Positions 23,623 through 36,429 of a stretch of DNA of 64,000 nt are shown here, one piece after another. Source of the DNA: Octopus sinensis. Its lineage: Eukaryota. The stretch spans positions 1 to 64,000 of the forward strand of contig NW_021824954.1 of NCBI RefSeq assembly GCF_006345805.1. The letters are read 5' to 3'. The position numbers and the translations under genes were made by a program. A model generated the notes under the pieces. It was not told the origin of the DNA, did no database searches, and saw only the letters and a list, made by a program, of their open reading frames with translations. How positions within the stretch are numbered: position 1 is the stretch's first letter; each line of letters begins with the position of its first letter.

Positions 23623-24037
23623 CTTTACTCTTTTACTCTTTTACTTGTTTCAGTCATTTGACTGCGGCCATGCTGGAGCACCACCTTTAATCAAGCAACT
23701 CGACCCCGGGACTTATTCTTTTGTAAGCCCAGTACTTATTCTATCGGTCTCTTTTGCCGAACCGCTAAGTAACGGGGACATAAACACACCAGCATCGGTT
23801 GTCAAGCAATGCTAGGGGGACAAACACAGACACACAAACATACACGCACACACACATATATATATACATATATACGACGGGCTTCTTTCAGTTTCCATCT
23901 ACCAAATCCACTCACAAGGCATTGGTCGGCCCGGTACTATAGCAGAAGACTCTTGCCCAAGGTGCCACGCAGTGGGACTGAACCCGGAACCATGTGGTTG
24001 GTTAGCAAGCTACTTACCATACAGCCACTCCTGCGCC
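23623..24037 (-). mobile_element. Full-length tRNA-derived SINE (abundant octopus-type family)
   Basis: 5' GGCGCAGGAGTGGCTGTATGG (A box), GGTTCAGTCCC (B box), internal TA/TG microsatellite and (AAAGAGT)n tail. Confidence 0.9.
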
Positions 24038-24226
24038 TATATATATATATATATATATATATTTAAAATTAAATAATAAGGGTAGTAATTGATATTAATC
24101 AATTAAAACCAGTGGCTTAGCATATTTAAAATATCCAAAGATGAAAATTTCTCTTACATACAAAATTAATGACCACTAAAGTGGACACCTAGTGGTCATT
24201 CCTCTTTATATATATATATATATATA

Positions 24227-24423
24227 CTTTATTTAAAGCAGCAGAAAATTCAACAAAACCTGTTACTCTAAGTTTCCCGTTGCCGTTCATGAACGGCAAT
24301 GGGAAACTCAGAGTAACAGGTTTTGTTGAATTTTCTGCTGCTTTAAATAAAGCATATTACTCTACCACTGGTATTTGAGTACTCTTTTTTCCACCTTGTT
24401 TCACATTTATGTGTTTACTCCGG
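24227..24423 (+). mobile_element. Penelope-like terminal repeat with a zero-spacer 126-bp palindrome and a hammerhead remnant
   Basis: 63-bp arms (24227-24289 / 24290-24352, 2 mismatches). The 70-nt extension 24353-24423 matches 62489-62560 in reverse. Confidence 0.7.
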
Positions 24424-24437
24424 TATATATATATATA

Positions 24438-24757
24438 TAAGTAGCGAGATCATCAGAAAGAAGTCCGGCGTGAGAGATGTTATCGTAGAGTATACACGCA
24501 GCAAGTATAGATGGGCTGGACACGTCGCCCAGCTCACTGATAATCGGTAGACGCACGCAGTTGTCGAGTGGTACCCATGTGAGCGGAAAAGACCACCCGG
24601 AAGACCTCCACGACGGTGGAGTTACGATTTCAGGAGGACGATTGGGATCACGTGGATGAGAAAGGCGCAATCCAGAGAGGAGTGGGCAGCGTGCTGTGAC
24701 CAGCGGTGTCAAATGGACGCCTGATGGACTGGTCGGTCAAGGTGATCAAGGTGATAT
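24438..24757 (+). mobile_element. 3' end of a distinct, GC-richer RTE-type LINE
   Basis: Reads SKYRWAGHVAQLTDNR*THAVVEWYPCERKRPPGRPPRRWSYDF...W.RKAQSREEW and ends in a (CAAGGTGAT)2 tail. Confidence 0.8.
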
Positions 24758-24759
24758 AG

Positions 24760-25200
24760 GTACAGGGTTGAGATGCCCTTGATTATGTTATCGAAGGTGG
24801 ATTTGTGGTGATTGGAGTGGATGTTAAGGTATTTAAGGTATTGGTTAGGTTTGTGGTAAAGGGAGTATTGGGATTTTTATAAGTTTAAAGTTGTGTCAAG
24901 AAAGTTAGCAGTTTTGTGAGTGTTTTCAAATGTGATAGAAAGGTTTAGGTTAGAGAAGAATTTATGTAGATCCTTTCTAGTTCTTTCTAAGGAGGATTTA
25001 TTTATGCTTTTAGTAACCAATAAAGCATTGTCCCTGTATAGGCCTCCCTTGATATTAGGGAAGTGTATTTGGGGCTGATGTAGTATATATAGTCCAACTA
25101 AGTCAGTGACCTGAGCTGAATCAGAAGATCCCATGGTTATATCGAATAGGTTGCTATGGTTGTTACTTTGGTTATTGGCCTGGTGCATATACCTACAAGT
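24760..25200 (-). mobile_element. Penelope-like reverse transcriptase fragment
   Basis: LFDITMGSSDSAQVTDLVGLYIL...GGLYRDNAL...NFLDTTLNL, then YLNIHSNHHKSTFDNII after a frameshift. Confidence 0.85.
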
Positions 25201-25240
25201 AAGAGTTGTGTGTGTAGATATTGATATGTATAAAGATCTG

Positions 25241-25283
<43 letters not shown>

Positions 25284-25326
25284 GTTTAATATAAACATAT
25301 GTATATATTTTCTTATATTATTAAGC

Positions 25327-26020
25327 ACTGACCTGCCAAACCATCTAAATTCTTAATTCCTTACTACTAACCCTCTCTGTCCCATTACTTAGACTCTATC
25401 ACTATACATTTGTCACTCCTCTACCTTTTATCACCCCCACCCCTACTATTTTTTTACACTCTAATACCTTTCTCTCTCTATCACCCTTTATCTCCCCACT
25501 CCTACTTTCAAATTATCTCCACTGATCACTAACTGGTACACTTTCCCTTATCTACATCTTTGTTTTTTATTTTTATTATTTCTTTCTTCTCTTTATTCCT
25601 CTCTTCCTGTTTTTTATTATTTTATTATTTTTTCTTTTTTTTCCTTCTCTCTTTTATCTCTTTTTCTCTTTCTTTATTCTTCTCTTCCTGTTTTCAGTTT
25701 GACCCTACTAATACATTCCCTATTTTTAGGTCTCTTTAAATAAAACCCTTGATTCAATAACACTGTATTTTGAATGACCAATTTTAAATACTATTGGATT
25801 TTACTCGATCTACAAATACAATTTCCCTACACATCTCACATCTATTTTCTTTCCTCCACCTCACTCTCTATTTTGTATCTTATCTGAATTAACTATTACT
25901 TAACCATCCTCTCACACAGTCTCCGATGAAGGGATATAATAAATATCCTGGAAACAGCTATAAAACCTTCTATCTATAAATATTCTAAAATCTACACAGC
26001 CTTGGTTTCTTTATCTCATT
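25327..26020 (+). mobile_element. Penelope-like terminal region with a degenerate type-I hammerhead, opposite orientation to the adjacent RT
   Basis: AGTCT-CCGATGA-AGGGATA-taataaa-TATCCTG-GAAAC-AGCT-ATA at 25918-25962. Confidence 0.55.
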
Positions 26021-26026
26021 ACGAAA

Positions 26027-26090
<64 letters not shown>

Positions 26091-26974
26091 TATATATAAT
26101 GTGCATGTGTGTATACATCTACACATGCATACATACACACGTGTAGCTATTTACATCTCTCTCTCTCTCACACACATATATAGCTAGATACTGCCGTAAG
26201 TCCATATAGTGCTTTTCACACTACTTCGTTACATACATTCTCAACATATCTTAAAAATATCACATTACTTCTAGAATTTTACATTTTCACATACACATGC
26301 ACTGAGAAATTCTTACCCTGTTCCACTCCAGATATATACACACACAACATATGGCGAATTTTCAAGTTAAAAGTATAATAAACGACTAACTAGCTGTACA
26401 CACACACATATGTATGTGTATGTGTGAGTATACTTATATATATGTATTGGAGCTTTATTTTCATACCTTACCATAAATGAATTTAAAAGATATATATATA
26501 TATATATCTGTATCTATAAAAGGCATGATGTGATTGTAATTTATGCACGTCCACAAATTAGCATGCACGTTGCTCCAATTGTAGGACATTCGTCAACACC
26601 CTATCTGCGTTTTTGTCAACTTATTTCCACCCCCTCGAGGCACCCTCGGATAGCGGTAAAAAAAAAGTGGATGAGAGGCAGAGCGTCTAAACAAAAAAAG
26701 GGAAAACAAAGTGAGAGAGAGAGAGAGTAAGTGACGACATTCATAAAAGATAAAGTGTAAAATGTTTTGTTTTTTCATAAACACGAGATATATTGTTCAA
26801 ATTCAGGATGGTTTTCAAAGACACTATAGTTTATAATCATAGTATATATACTTTCTCACGCAACAATTACAATATATTTATTTTAAATCATTCATCTTCC
26901 CCCCCCCTCTCTCACACATTACTTTGGGTGCGAAAGAGTTTTGTTTTTATTTTATGCCAAGTAAAAAAGTGTTT

Positions 26975-28292
26975 TGAGATTCCGGTTCGAATGTAAGGCA
27001 GGTTTGAAAGTGTTCCCAACAGTTATTAGTTGTAGTGGTAGAGTGTTTATGCCGAATATGTACGTATTCAAGTATATATATGTATGTATGCCTGTATATA
27101 TGTACAAAATCCACTGAGAAGGCTTTTGTTGGTCTGAGGCTACAGCAGAAGACACATGCCAAGTCACCACACAGTGGGACTGAACCCAGGACCATGTGTT
27201 TGGAACGTAGTTTGTTACCACACAGCCACACCTGCCCCTATGTATGTGTGTGTGTGCATATGTGTGTAAGGGTAGATATATTATGCATGTATATATGTGT
27301 ATATATATGTGTACATATTACATGTACATCTATATATAGACATCTACACATAAAATACAAAATACAAAGTTATATCTTGATATCGCTAGTGATAACAATA
27401 CTCAAAATATATAACAGACTGGAATTGTAGGCCCATCTCTTGCAATTTCGATCAATTGGATCTTGTCCTCCCTCTTGTATAGGCTGCAGCGAAACTTTCT
27501 TCTATCGAAGGCATTTTAACAAAAATGCTTCTGTAAAGACGGTGAAAATATTGTCAATTTCCCCAAACAGGGACAAAATTCAATTTTTAAACAATAACCA
27601 AAGCACCTTCTCCGAAAGGGGGAGGGTTACGGTTTACAATTATTTAACAAATGCAACACAACAAAGTTTCCCTGACGAGGAACCAACAAACGTGATTACA
27701 ATAGTCAAACAGTAATAATAATAACACCAAACCTTTTTAATATATCCCCATTTATGTGAAACCACTTATTCAAGTTCAAGTCATTGATGCAATTTTATAC
27801 GAATTGCTAATACACACACACACATAATAAGGGTGAAAAATTGAATATTAATTTGATTAATATGAATTGAAAACCAGTGGTGTGGCATATAAGACCATAG
27901 CGGATCTTCTAGCAAAAAGGATGACCACTATTAATGGTTCATCCCTGTTATATAATACTTTCACTTTATTAGTTTCAGTATTAAAATGAAAGTGTCTGCA
28001 TTACAAAAGAGAGATGTTTTTGTTTCACTTTTAACACGTAATACTGAAATAGTGGAGAAGATATGATATTGCTGTGGGGTCGCCCTAGGGAAAAAGTTAA
28101 GATTGTTTTGCCGATGACACTCTCCGCATTTAAGTAAGACATGTGTAAAATTTGAATGAAATTGGTTGTGTAGTTCTCAAGTTTTAGGGAAACACACCGA
28201 CAGACAGGCAGACACACATTCTCAGTTTTATATTTATAGAGATGTACTTGCGTAGCGATAGACACACATTCTCAGTTTTATATATATAGAGA
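26975..28292 (-). mobile_element. Near-identical duplicate of the Helitron 5' 1.3 kb, including its SINE insert, with a doubled 5' terminus
   Basis: Matches 20580-21868 almost base for base, followed by a second TCTCTATATATATAAAACTGAGAATGTGTGTC. Confidence 0.92.
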
Positions 28293-28385
28293 CTGCTAGT
28301 AGATATATAAAATGTACTGTTCCGTGATAGAAAATTCAACAAAAAACGTATTCCATCTGCTAAATGATAAATATTATTTATTTAA

Positions 28386-28606
28386 CCCTTTAGTGTTCAC
28401 ATTATTCTGCCAAAATTAATGCTTCTTTATCCACATTGTTTTGAATTAATCATGCATTATCTTGTAGCTAGCAGATTTTGATGAGGTAGCTGTTAATTTT
28501 TTAAACAATATTGTAGGGCTGGTGTGAGAGACCAGATCTGGCCAATTTGAACATAAAACAGGCAGAATACTTTTGGCCAGATATGGCCGGTTTAAATGCT
28601 AAAGGG
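28386..28606. mobile_element. piggyBac-like MITE
   Basis: TTAA|CCCTTTAG ... CTAAAGGG|TTAA. Confidence 0.85.
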
Positions 28607-28959
28607 TTAAAGAACACAATACATGTCTAAAGTGCTACTAATAGTTACATCTGTTGAGAAATATTTCAAACATATTCATCAGGCAGAAACCACATCATAA
28701 CAAACTAAAAAAATTGAATAAGAAAAGAAATGCGAAAAAGCTGAGAGGCGATCATTTTAAATAAATCCTTCATTAGTTCAGACTGCTATTTTACTACCCA
28801 AAGTAGTGTATTCGCCCGACGGATTAGGATTTTGTAAGCCTATGACACTTTAAAGTTGCATGGGGCCGCAACAAACTTTTAAATAATAATATATTGTGTA
28901 TTGTGTGTGTATGTGATGTGTGTGTGTATAGAGGCATACCTACACAATTGCACCCCACT

Positions 28960-29173
28960 GATTTGTTTACTCTTTTACTTGTTTCAGTCATTTGACTGTG
29001 GCCATGCTACCGCCTTTAGTTGAGCAAATCGCCCCCAGGACTTATTCTTGTAAGCCTAGCACCTATTCTATCGGTTTCTTTTGCTGAACCGCTAAGTTAC
29101 GGGGACGTAAACACACCAACATCGGTTGTCAAGTGATGTTGGGGAGGACAAACACAGACACACAAGCATATAT

Positions 29174-29249
<76 letters not shown>

Positions 29250-29402
29250 CATATATACATATATACTACAGGCTTCTTTCGGTTTCCGTCTACCAAATCC
29301 ACTCACAAGGCTTTGGTCAGCCTGAGGCTAGAGTAGAAGACACTTGCCCAAGGTGCCACGCAGTGGGACTGAACCCGGAACCATGTGGTTGGTAAGCAAG
29401 CT
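28960..29402 (-). mobile_element. tRNA-derived SINE, slightly 5'-truncated
   Basis: Colinear with 23623-24037. Confidence 0.9.
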
Positions 29403-29404
29403 AA

Positions 29405-30030
29405 AAGAAGGGTATTTTTTAATGAAATTTTCAACAAATATGCTTCACATGGTGTACATTCTGATTATATCGAAAATTGTTGGGAAAATTTTTTTCCATA
29501 TATGGTGAGAGGGGTTTCAGAAAATTCATACGTGTAAGCTTTGTTTCCTCATAAGTTTCAGAAAAAGGGTATTTTATAATGAAATTTTCAACAAATAGCT
29601 TTCAGAGTGTGTAGATTATGATTATACTGGAATTTAATATGAAAAAAATATTAAAACATTGATGGACTTGCACACATGTATACTAACACATATCATCCCA
29701 TATATCTACAAAATGAAATATGAAATCTCGAAAAACATTGTGATGTGTGTCAGTATGTATGCGTGCATCTTCACCATTTTTTCTATATTTCATTCTGATA
29801 TAATCATAATCTGCACACTTTGAAAGGTGTTTGTAGAAAATTCCATAAAATGTACCCATTTTCTTGAAAGTTATAGGGAAATACAACCAACTTGTGTGTG
29901 AATTTTCCGAAATTCCTCTCTCCACCCAGAAGATTTTTTTCACAAATTCCGATATAATCGGAATCTATACCATCTGAAGTATATAAATAGAAAATTTCAA
30001 TACAAACTATCCATTTTTCTGGAAGTTATG
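29405..30030. repeat. Unclassified dispersed repeat with internal ~100-bp direct and inverted subrepeats; related copy at ~44230-44540
   Basis: Recurring GAAATTTTCAACAAATA and CTACACACTCTGAAAG-like motifs in both orientations. Confidence 0.55.
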
Positions 30031-30671
30031 AGAAGTATCATTTATCAATTTAGACAATTAACCCCAACAGCTGATAGCTGTAGTGGCTGTACCAGCTGAC
30101 TGTTTACTTCAGAATTCAGTGAAGATAGTCATGTATTACCCATCCTTGACATCTGCAGACTGAATAGCAAAATAAGTTCATCACCATACACACTCACACA
30201 CCTCCATCCTCATATAACTATTATTCCTTCCTGTCTTTCCATCATTTTCCCCTCCTACCCACCAAATACACACAAAAATACCCACATAACTCAATCAACC
30301 TTCACACTGGTCAAAAGGGATAAGCAGCCTTCTGTTAAACATTCATTAATGTTATATTACCCAAAGAAATGAATCCATGAAGATGATCAACCTGATGCCC
30401 ATGGATACTATAGACTACATTGTAATCATCCCAGGAATACGAACTGTGATCTTAAGAGACATGTGATTTGTGGAGACATGCATAGCGCCCACTCCTTGGG
30501 CCCAAAATTAAGTAGTACGATGCCTGTTGTCCATCACACAACATTGGATATGGCAAATATGCACAGTTAAAATAGAAAGACGACCTGGATGATGTTTATT
30601 GCTTAGCTGTCCAGTAGCTTTTGTGGATGTGAAACCAATTTCTATGACCAGATATTAAATTTATTACTTTA

Positions 30672-30794
<123 letters not shown>

Positions 30795-30845
30795 ATATAT
30801 ATACATATATAATATATATATTTTTATACATACATACATACATAT

Positions 30846-30909
<64 letters not shown>

Positions 30910-30924
30910 GATAGCTGTGTAAAT

Positions 30925-31662
30925 AAGTGCCATACCCTAGTGATTGAGAGAACCTGTGGAAGAGGTAGACCCTAGGAAGACCTGGGATGAGTTGGTGAAG
31001 CACGATCTTCGAACATTAGGCCTCACCAAGGCAATGACTAGTGACTGAGACCTTTGGAAATATGCTGTGCTTGAGAAGACCCGGCAAGCCAAGTGGCCTA
31101 TACCAGGGGTGTAACCAGCCCACTTATGTGTACCTTTCCTTCATTTGACACTAAACTCTGCTTGCGAAGACCTGTTGAAGCAAGTGAAATCGAAATAAAA
31201 TTCGATAACTGGCATCCGTGCTAGTGGAGTGCTAAGAGCACCATTTGAGTGAGATCGTTGCCAGAGCAACTAACTGGCTTCCGTGCCGGTTGCACGTAAA
31301 AAGTACCATTCGAGCATGATCATTACCAGCGTCGCCTTACTGGCATTTGTGCTGGTGGCACATGAAAAAAACAATCAACCAAGGTCGTTGCCAGTGCCAC
31401 TGGACTGGCTCCTGTGCAGGTGGCACATAAAAAACACCATTTGAGTGTGGCTGTTGCCAGTACCACCTGACTGGCCCTCGTACTGGTGGCACGTAAAAGT
31501 ACCCACTACACTCTTGGAGTGGTTGGCATTAGGAAGGGCATCCAGCAGTAGAAACTCTGCCAGATCAGATTGGAGCTTGGTGCAGCCATCTGATTCACCA
31601 GTCCTCAGTCAAATCGTCCAACCCATGCTAGCATGGAAAGTGGACATTAAATGATGATGATG
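30925..31662 (+). mobile_element. 5'-truncated RTE (last codons plus 3'UTR with ~5 repeat units)
   Basis: CGRGRPRKTWDELVKHDLRTLGLT, then the shared 3' terminus and (GAT)n. Confidence 0.92.
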
Positions 31663-31714
31663 ATATATATAACGAAAAATATAATTGTCACTAAATGTGA
31701 CTAAGGGTCTCAGG

Positions 31715-32588
31715 ACTGGGGTCGATTTGTTCAACTAAAAGCAGTGCTCCAGAAAGTCCACAAATGACTGAAACAAATAAAAGGGGTAAAGACCCCCTTC
31801 GGTCATGAATGACCATGGGATTGCACCTAGAAAGTTACCCTCCTAGACACAAGTCCGGGCAAGGTTGTTTATGGAAGACCAGCAGTCGCCCATGCATACC
31901 AGCCTCCCCTCTCCATGCCACCAGTGTTATCCAAGAGTAAGACAAAGGTCGATACAGCTTGGAACCAGTGACGTCGCAACTCATTTCTACAGCTGAGTGA
32001 AACAAATAAAAGAATTATATATATATACACATACACACACACATATACATACATATATATATGTATAAATATATATATATTTATTTATTTATTTAGCTCT
32101 TATTTCTAGCAATGTGGGTACATTGCTAGAAATAAGAGCTAAATAAATATATATATATATTTATACATATATATATATATATGTATGCATATGTGTATAT
32201 GTGTATATATATATATAATTCTTTTATTTGTTTCAGTCATTTGTGGACTTTCTGGAGCACTGTTTTTAGTTGAACAAATTGACCCCAGGAATTATTCCTT
32301 GTAAGCCTACTACTTATTCTATTGGTCTGTTTTGCTAAACCACTAAGTTACGGGGATGTAAACACACCAACATTGGTTGTCAAACAATGGTTGGGGGACA
32401 AACACAAACACACAAACATACATACGTACATACATGTATGTATGTATGTATGTATGTATGTATGTATGTATGTATGTATGAATGTATGTATGTATGTGTA
32501 TGTATGTATGTGTGTGTATGTATGTATGTGTATGTATGTGTATGTATGAATGTATGTATGTATGTGTGTGTCCCGTCCAGCTGTGGAT

Positions 32589-32629
<41 letters not shown>

Positions 32630-32685
32630 GGCTTCTTTCAGTTTCTGTCTACCAAATCCATTCAGAAGGCTTTGGTCAGCCCGAA
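31715..32685. mobile_element. Nested SINE fragments (plus 3' half, a different minus-strand retroposon at ~31790-32000, and a minus SINE at 32220-32685)
   Basis: Similarity to the 23.6-kb SINE. The middle segment is distinct and ends in GGTCATTCATGACCGAAGGGGTC. Confidence 0.75.
32087..32148. repeat. Perfect 29-bp hairpin palindrome
   Basis: ATTTATTTAGCTCTTATTTCTAGCAATGT-gggt-ACATTGCTAGAAATAAGAGCTAAATAAAT. Confidence 0.9.
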
Positions 32686-32892
32686 AACTATTCTGCATAT
32701 ACAATAACAGTCAAACTAATAATCCAACATATCTCCATCATCAGCTGCCCCATGGATATCATTATGGTTTCGACACCTGGGCAGTACCATTCATTCCGGC
32801 AGTGTCAACAATACTAAAATATGTGTTGTTTGGGAACAAGCATACCATTTATATGTCCACATTCATTCAATCTTAATTCTAGGAAGGTTTAA

Positions 32893-33993
32893 CCCTTTCG
32901 TTACTATATTTCTGACCAAAATACACCCCTCATAAGTTTCAATTAAATTCTAAAATAATCATGAATCTAGGCTTGTTTCATTAAATAACTGTAACTTTTT
33001 TACTTATCAACATTTTAATGTGATATTTGGAACATAATTAAAGAAAGGGTTCTTAATCAATTCTATTGCATAACTTTTGTCTCAAAGTGACTTTAATTAC
33101 AGGTAAATCCAGGTAAATTGAGCAAAAGTTAAAAATATAAAAATTTTAAAATGAGCAAAAGGTGAAAATATTAAAATTTTGTTTAAACATCACCATAGAA
33201 AATGAATCATCAGCTAATATTCAAATGGGTATGCAACAAAATTTTGATAAAGAAGAATTGTGCACATCACTATATCATCAGTTGAATTTAATGCACAACA
33301 GGTGTACCATAAAGGTGAAATAAACTGAAATATTGAAATCCACCGTAAGTTTGACCGAACTAAAGAAATCGGTCAAAAAATAATATACGGCCCTGGTTAT
33401 GGTATGGAAGTGATAAATTCCAGACCACATCGTTCCCTAGGCCGTGCTGACTAACATTATTTTCCCTGTATAAAAACTAAATCCACGCAGTACCCAGTAT
33501 TTGCTTCACAAATTTTCCGAAATTTGAACCCCCATTTTGTGTTTGTTTACAATCTGCGTAAGTTTGTTTCTGCATTGATCGCTTCAAACAATAACTTCCA
33601 GACCACATCATACCCTAAGCCATGCTGACTAACATTAGTTTCCCTGTATAAAAACTAAATCCACAACAGTACCCAGTATTTGTTTCACAAATTTTCCAAT
33701 TCGAAACCAATGCTTGATAACATGAAACTCCTATCTATTTTCAAAGTTGAAGAAAAATCGATGCCGAAAAAAATATGGAAAAAAATCTCCCAAAATTCAG
33801 GGAATTACACGTCGATCTTTGTACAAAACTGTAGATGAACTGTTTACGAAGCATAATCACGTGTTTTCACGAATGTACTAAAGAGATTTGCTCTGATATT
33901 CTCATTTAAATATGAATAGGTAAATTCGGGCGGTTTGGTCACATTAACCAAAATTTTTTTCGGGCGGCTTTGGGCGGTTTGGTAACGAAAGGG
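32893..33993. mobile_element. Non-autonomous piggyBac-like element (1.1 kb) with an internal ~110-bp direct repeat
   Basis: TTAA|CCCTTTCGTTAC ... GTAACGAAAGGG|TTAA. The internal repeat is at ~33419 and ~33597. Confidence 0.88.
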
Positions 33994-34092
33994 TTAAACT
34001 CTAACATTATTAATTAAATTACAACAAAGAAACACATTTACTCTACATACAAAAACAGTATCGGTAAATAAATTCAATAAGTAAGCTATTGT

Positions 34093-34352
34093 GGAGGCGC
34101 GTGGCTTAGTGGTTAGGGTGTCGGCACCATGATTGTAAGATTGTGGTTTCGATTCCTGGACCGGGCGATGTGTTGTGTTCTTGAGCAAAACACTTTATTT
34201 CACGTTGCTCCAGTTCACTCAGCTGGTAAAAATGAGTAACGCTGTGATGGACTGGTGTCCCGTCCAGCTGTGGATCACATACACCATAGAAACCGGGAAA
34301 CCAGGCCCACGAGCCTGACTAGGTTTTAAAAGGGCGCATTTATTATTTTTTT
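34093..34352 (+). mobile_element. tRNA-derived SINE, another family
   Basis: A box TGGCTTAGTGG, B box GGTTTCGATTCC, central TTGAGCAAAACACTT...TTGCTCCAGTTCACTCAGCTG, and a T-rich end. Confidence 0.85.
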
Positions 34353-35289
34353 TATAACTAACTCATAAATTATCTAACTAAATAGCAACCTAGTCCTTGA
34401 AGTCCGTGCAGATAATATTCTCACCAGTCTTTCGTAGTTATTAATATAAAAGTGAAAGCCTTTATATTCTATTCTTTCCAAAACAAAAACAAACTCATTG
34501 AACTTAACTAATAATATAACTATTTCATAACCCAAAAGTTAATAATTAAAACACTACATACGTATTAATTATTCATTAATTAATGTTAAACTTATACCAG
34601 TAATTTAATAGATAATACTAAAATAGCCTTATGATTAGGAACTAATAAAAGAATACCTGTAATTAACAATTATAAATATATAACTGTTTAAAAGATGATA
34701 TAAAATATAAAGTTTTACCACTTACATGTTATATATATATATATATATATATCGTAAGAAAAGGAAAAGAATTTCAATTATCCCTACATGGATTATCCTT
34801 CATTTGGATAATTACTACTTCTGAGGTTCTGCTAGCTATGAAATATATGTAGTCTGGATTCTATCTACATCATTCCCTAACTTTGGATTTATATTCACAT
34901 ACACTTTGGATTTATATTCACATACACTGCAACCTTTGCTGCTTACAATAAGCTATGCAACAATTTTTTCAGCTTATTGAACTTTGATACAGGAAAAACT
35001 TGCAACTTTATACATCAATCTGAAAGTTGTTTTTTATGCCTTTTGTACTGCTCGAAGCTCACTATCTTCCTACACTTTGATCCTTGGATCTTACCTTTAT
35101 TGATATATATATATATTGCACATCAGTAAATGAATGGTTTAGGAGCATTAAGAGATACTGTGCTAGGTAACTACACATATAGCGGGGATCTTTAAAAGAT
35201 CCTATGGTGGTAACTACAAGCTTTGTAAACACTATATAACATACGTAATCAAAATATATGAACATCAATGGAATTTGTATCTTTGTGGT

Positions 35290-35914
35290 ACCAGTGCCGG
35301 TGGCACACAAGAAAACCATCCGAACGTGGCCGTAGCCAGTACCGCACCGACTGGCCTCCATGCTGTGGGCACGTAACAATCACCATCCAATCGTTGCCGA
35401 TCGCCAGCCTAATCTGGCTCCTGTGTCGGTGGCACATAAAAAACACCATCCGAGCGTGGTCGTCTGCTAGCCTTGTCTGGCACCTGTGTCGGTGGCACAT
35501 GAAAACATCATCCGAGTGTGGCCGTTCGCCAGCCTCGTCTGGCACCTGTGGGGGTGGCACATAAAAAAAAAACACCATCCGAGCGTGGTCGTCTGCTAGC
35601 CTTGTCTGGCACCTGTGTCGGTGGCACATAAAAACACCATCCGAGCGTGGCCGTTCGCCAGCCTCGTCTGGCACCTGTGTCGGTGGCACATAAAAACACC
35701 ATCCGAGTGTGGCCGTTCGCCAGCCTCGTCTGGCACCTGTGTCGGTGGCACATAAAATCACCCACTACACTCTCGGAGTGATTGGCGTTAGGAAGGGCAT
35801 CCAGCTGTAGAAACACTGCCAGATCTGACTGGCCTGGTGCAGCCTTCGGGCTCCCCAGACCCCAGTTGAACCGTCCAACCCATGCTAGCATGGAAAGCGG
35901 ACGTTAAATGATGA

Positions 35915-35916
<2 letters not shown>
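35290..35916 (+). mobile_element. RTE 3'UTR fragment with ~7-8 tandem 63-bp units
   Basis: GTGTCGGTGGCACATAAAAACACCATCCGAG units and the shared terminus. Confidence 0.92.
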
Positions 35917-35972
<56 letters not shown>

Positions 35973-35983
35973 TATATATACAT

Positions 35984-36018
<35 letters not shown>

Positions 36019-36025
36019 CATATAT

Positions 36026-36103
<78 letters not shown>

Positions 36104-36127
36104 CATATATACATATATATATATAAC

Positions 36128-36393
36128 TACAAACTGGGACAAGAACACATAACATTTAGAAGACGATACAAAATCACGGACAAGACATTCGAAGCCTTCA
36201 ATCCTCAGTCAAGAACCGGATCATCCTCGCAATTTTGGCTGATTAATCCTGAGATTGCTCCAATCTGGCCAGCCCCAAGGAAAAACTAAGCTAAGCGCAT
36301 TAGATTCCTTGGAAAAAAGCATCGAATGTATACGAAACAAGGACGGAAAACGGACGATGTTACACGAATATGAATACGAAAATAATAAGTAAA

Positions 36394-36429
<36 letters not shown>

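Noticed and set aside
30370-30620. Possible transposase remnant (HSLGPKLSSTMPVVH)
   Set aside because: Only a short, weak resemblance without supporting motifs or termini.
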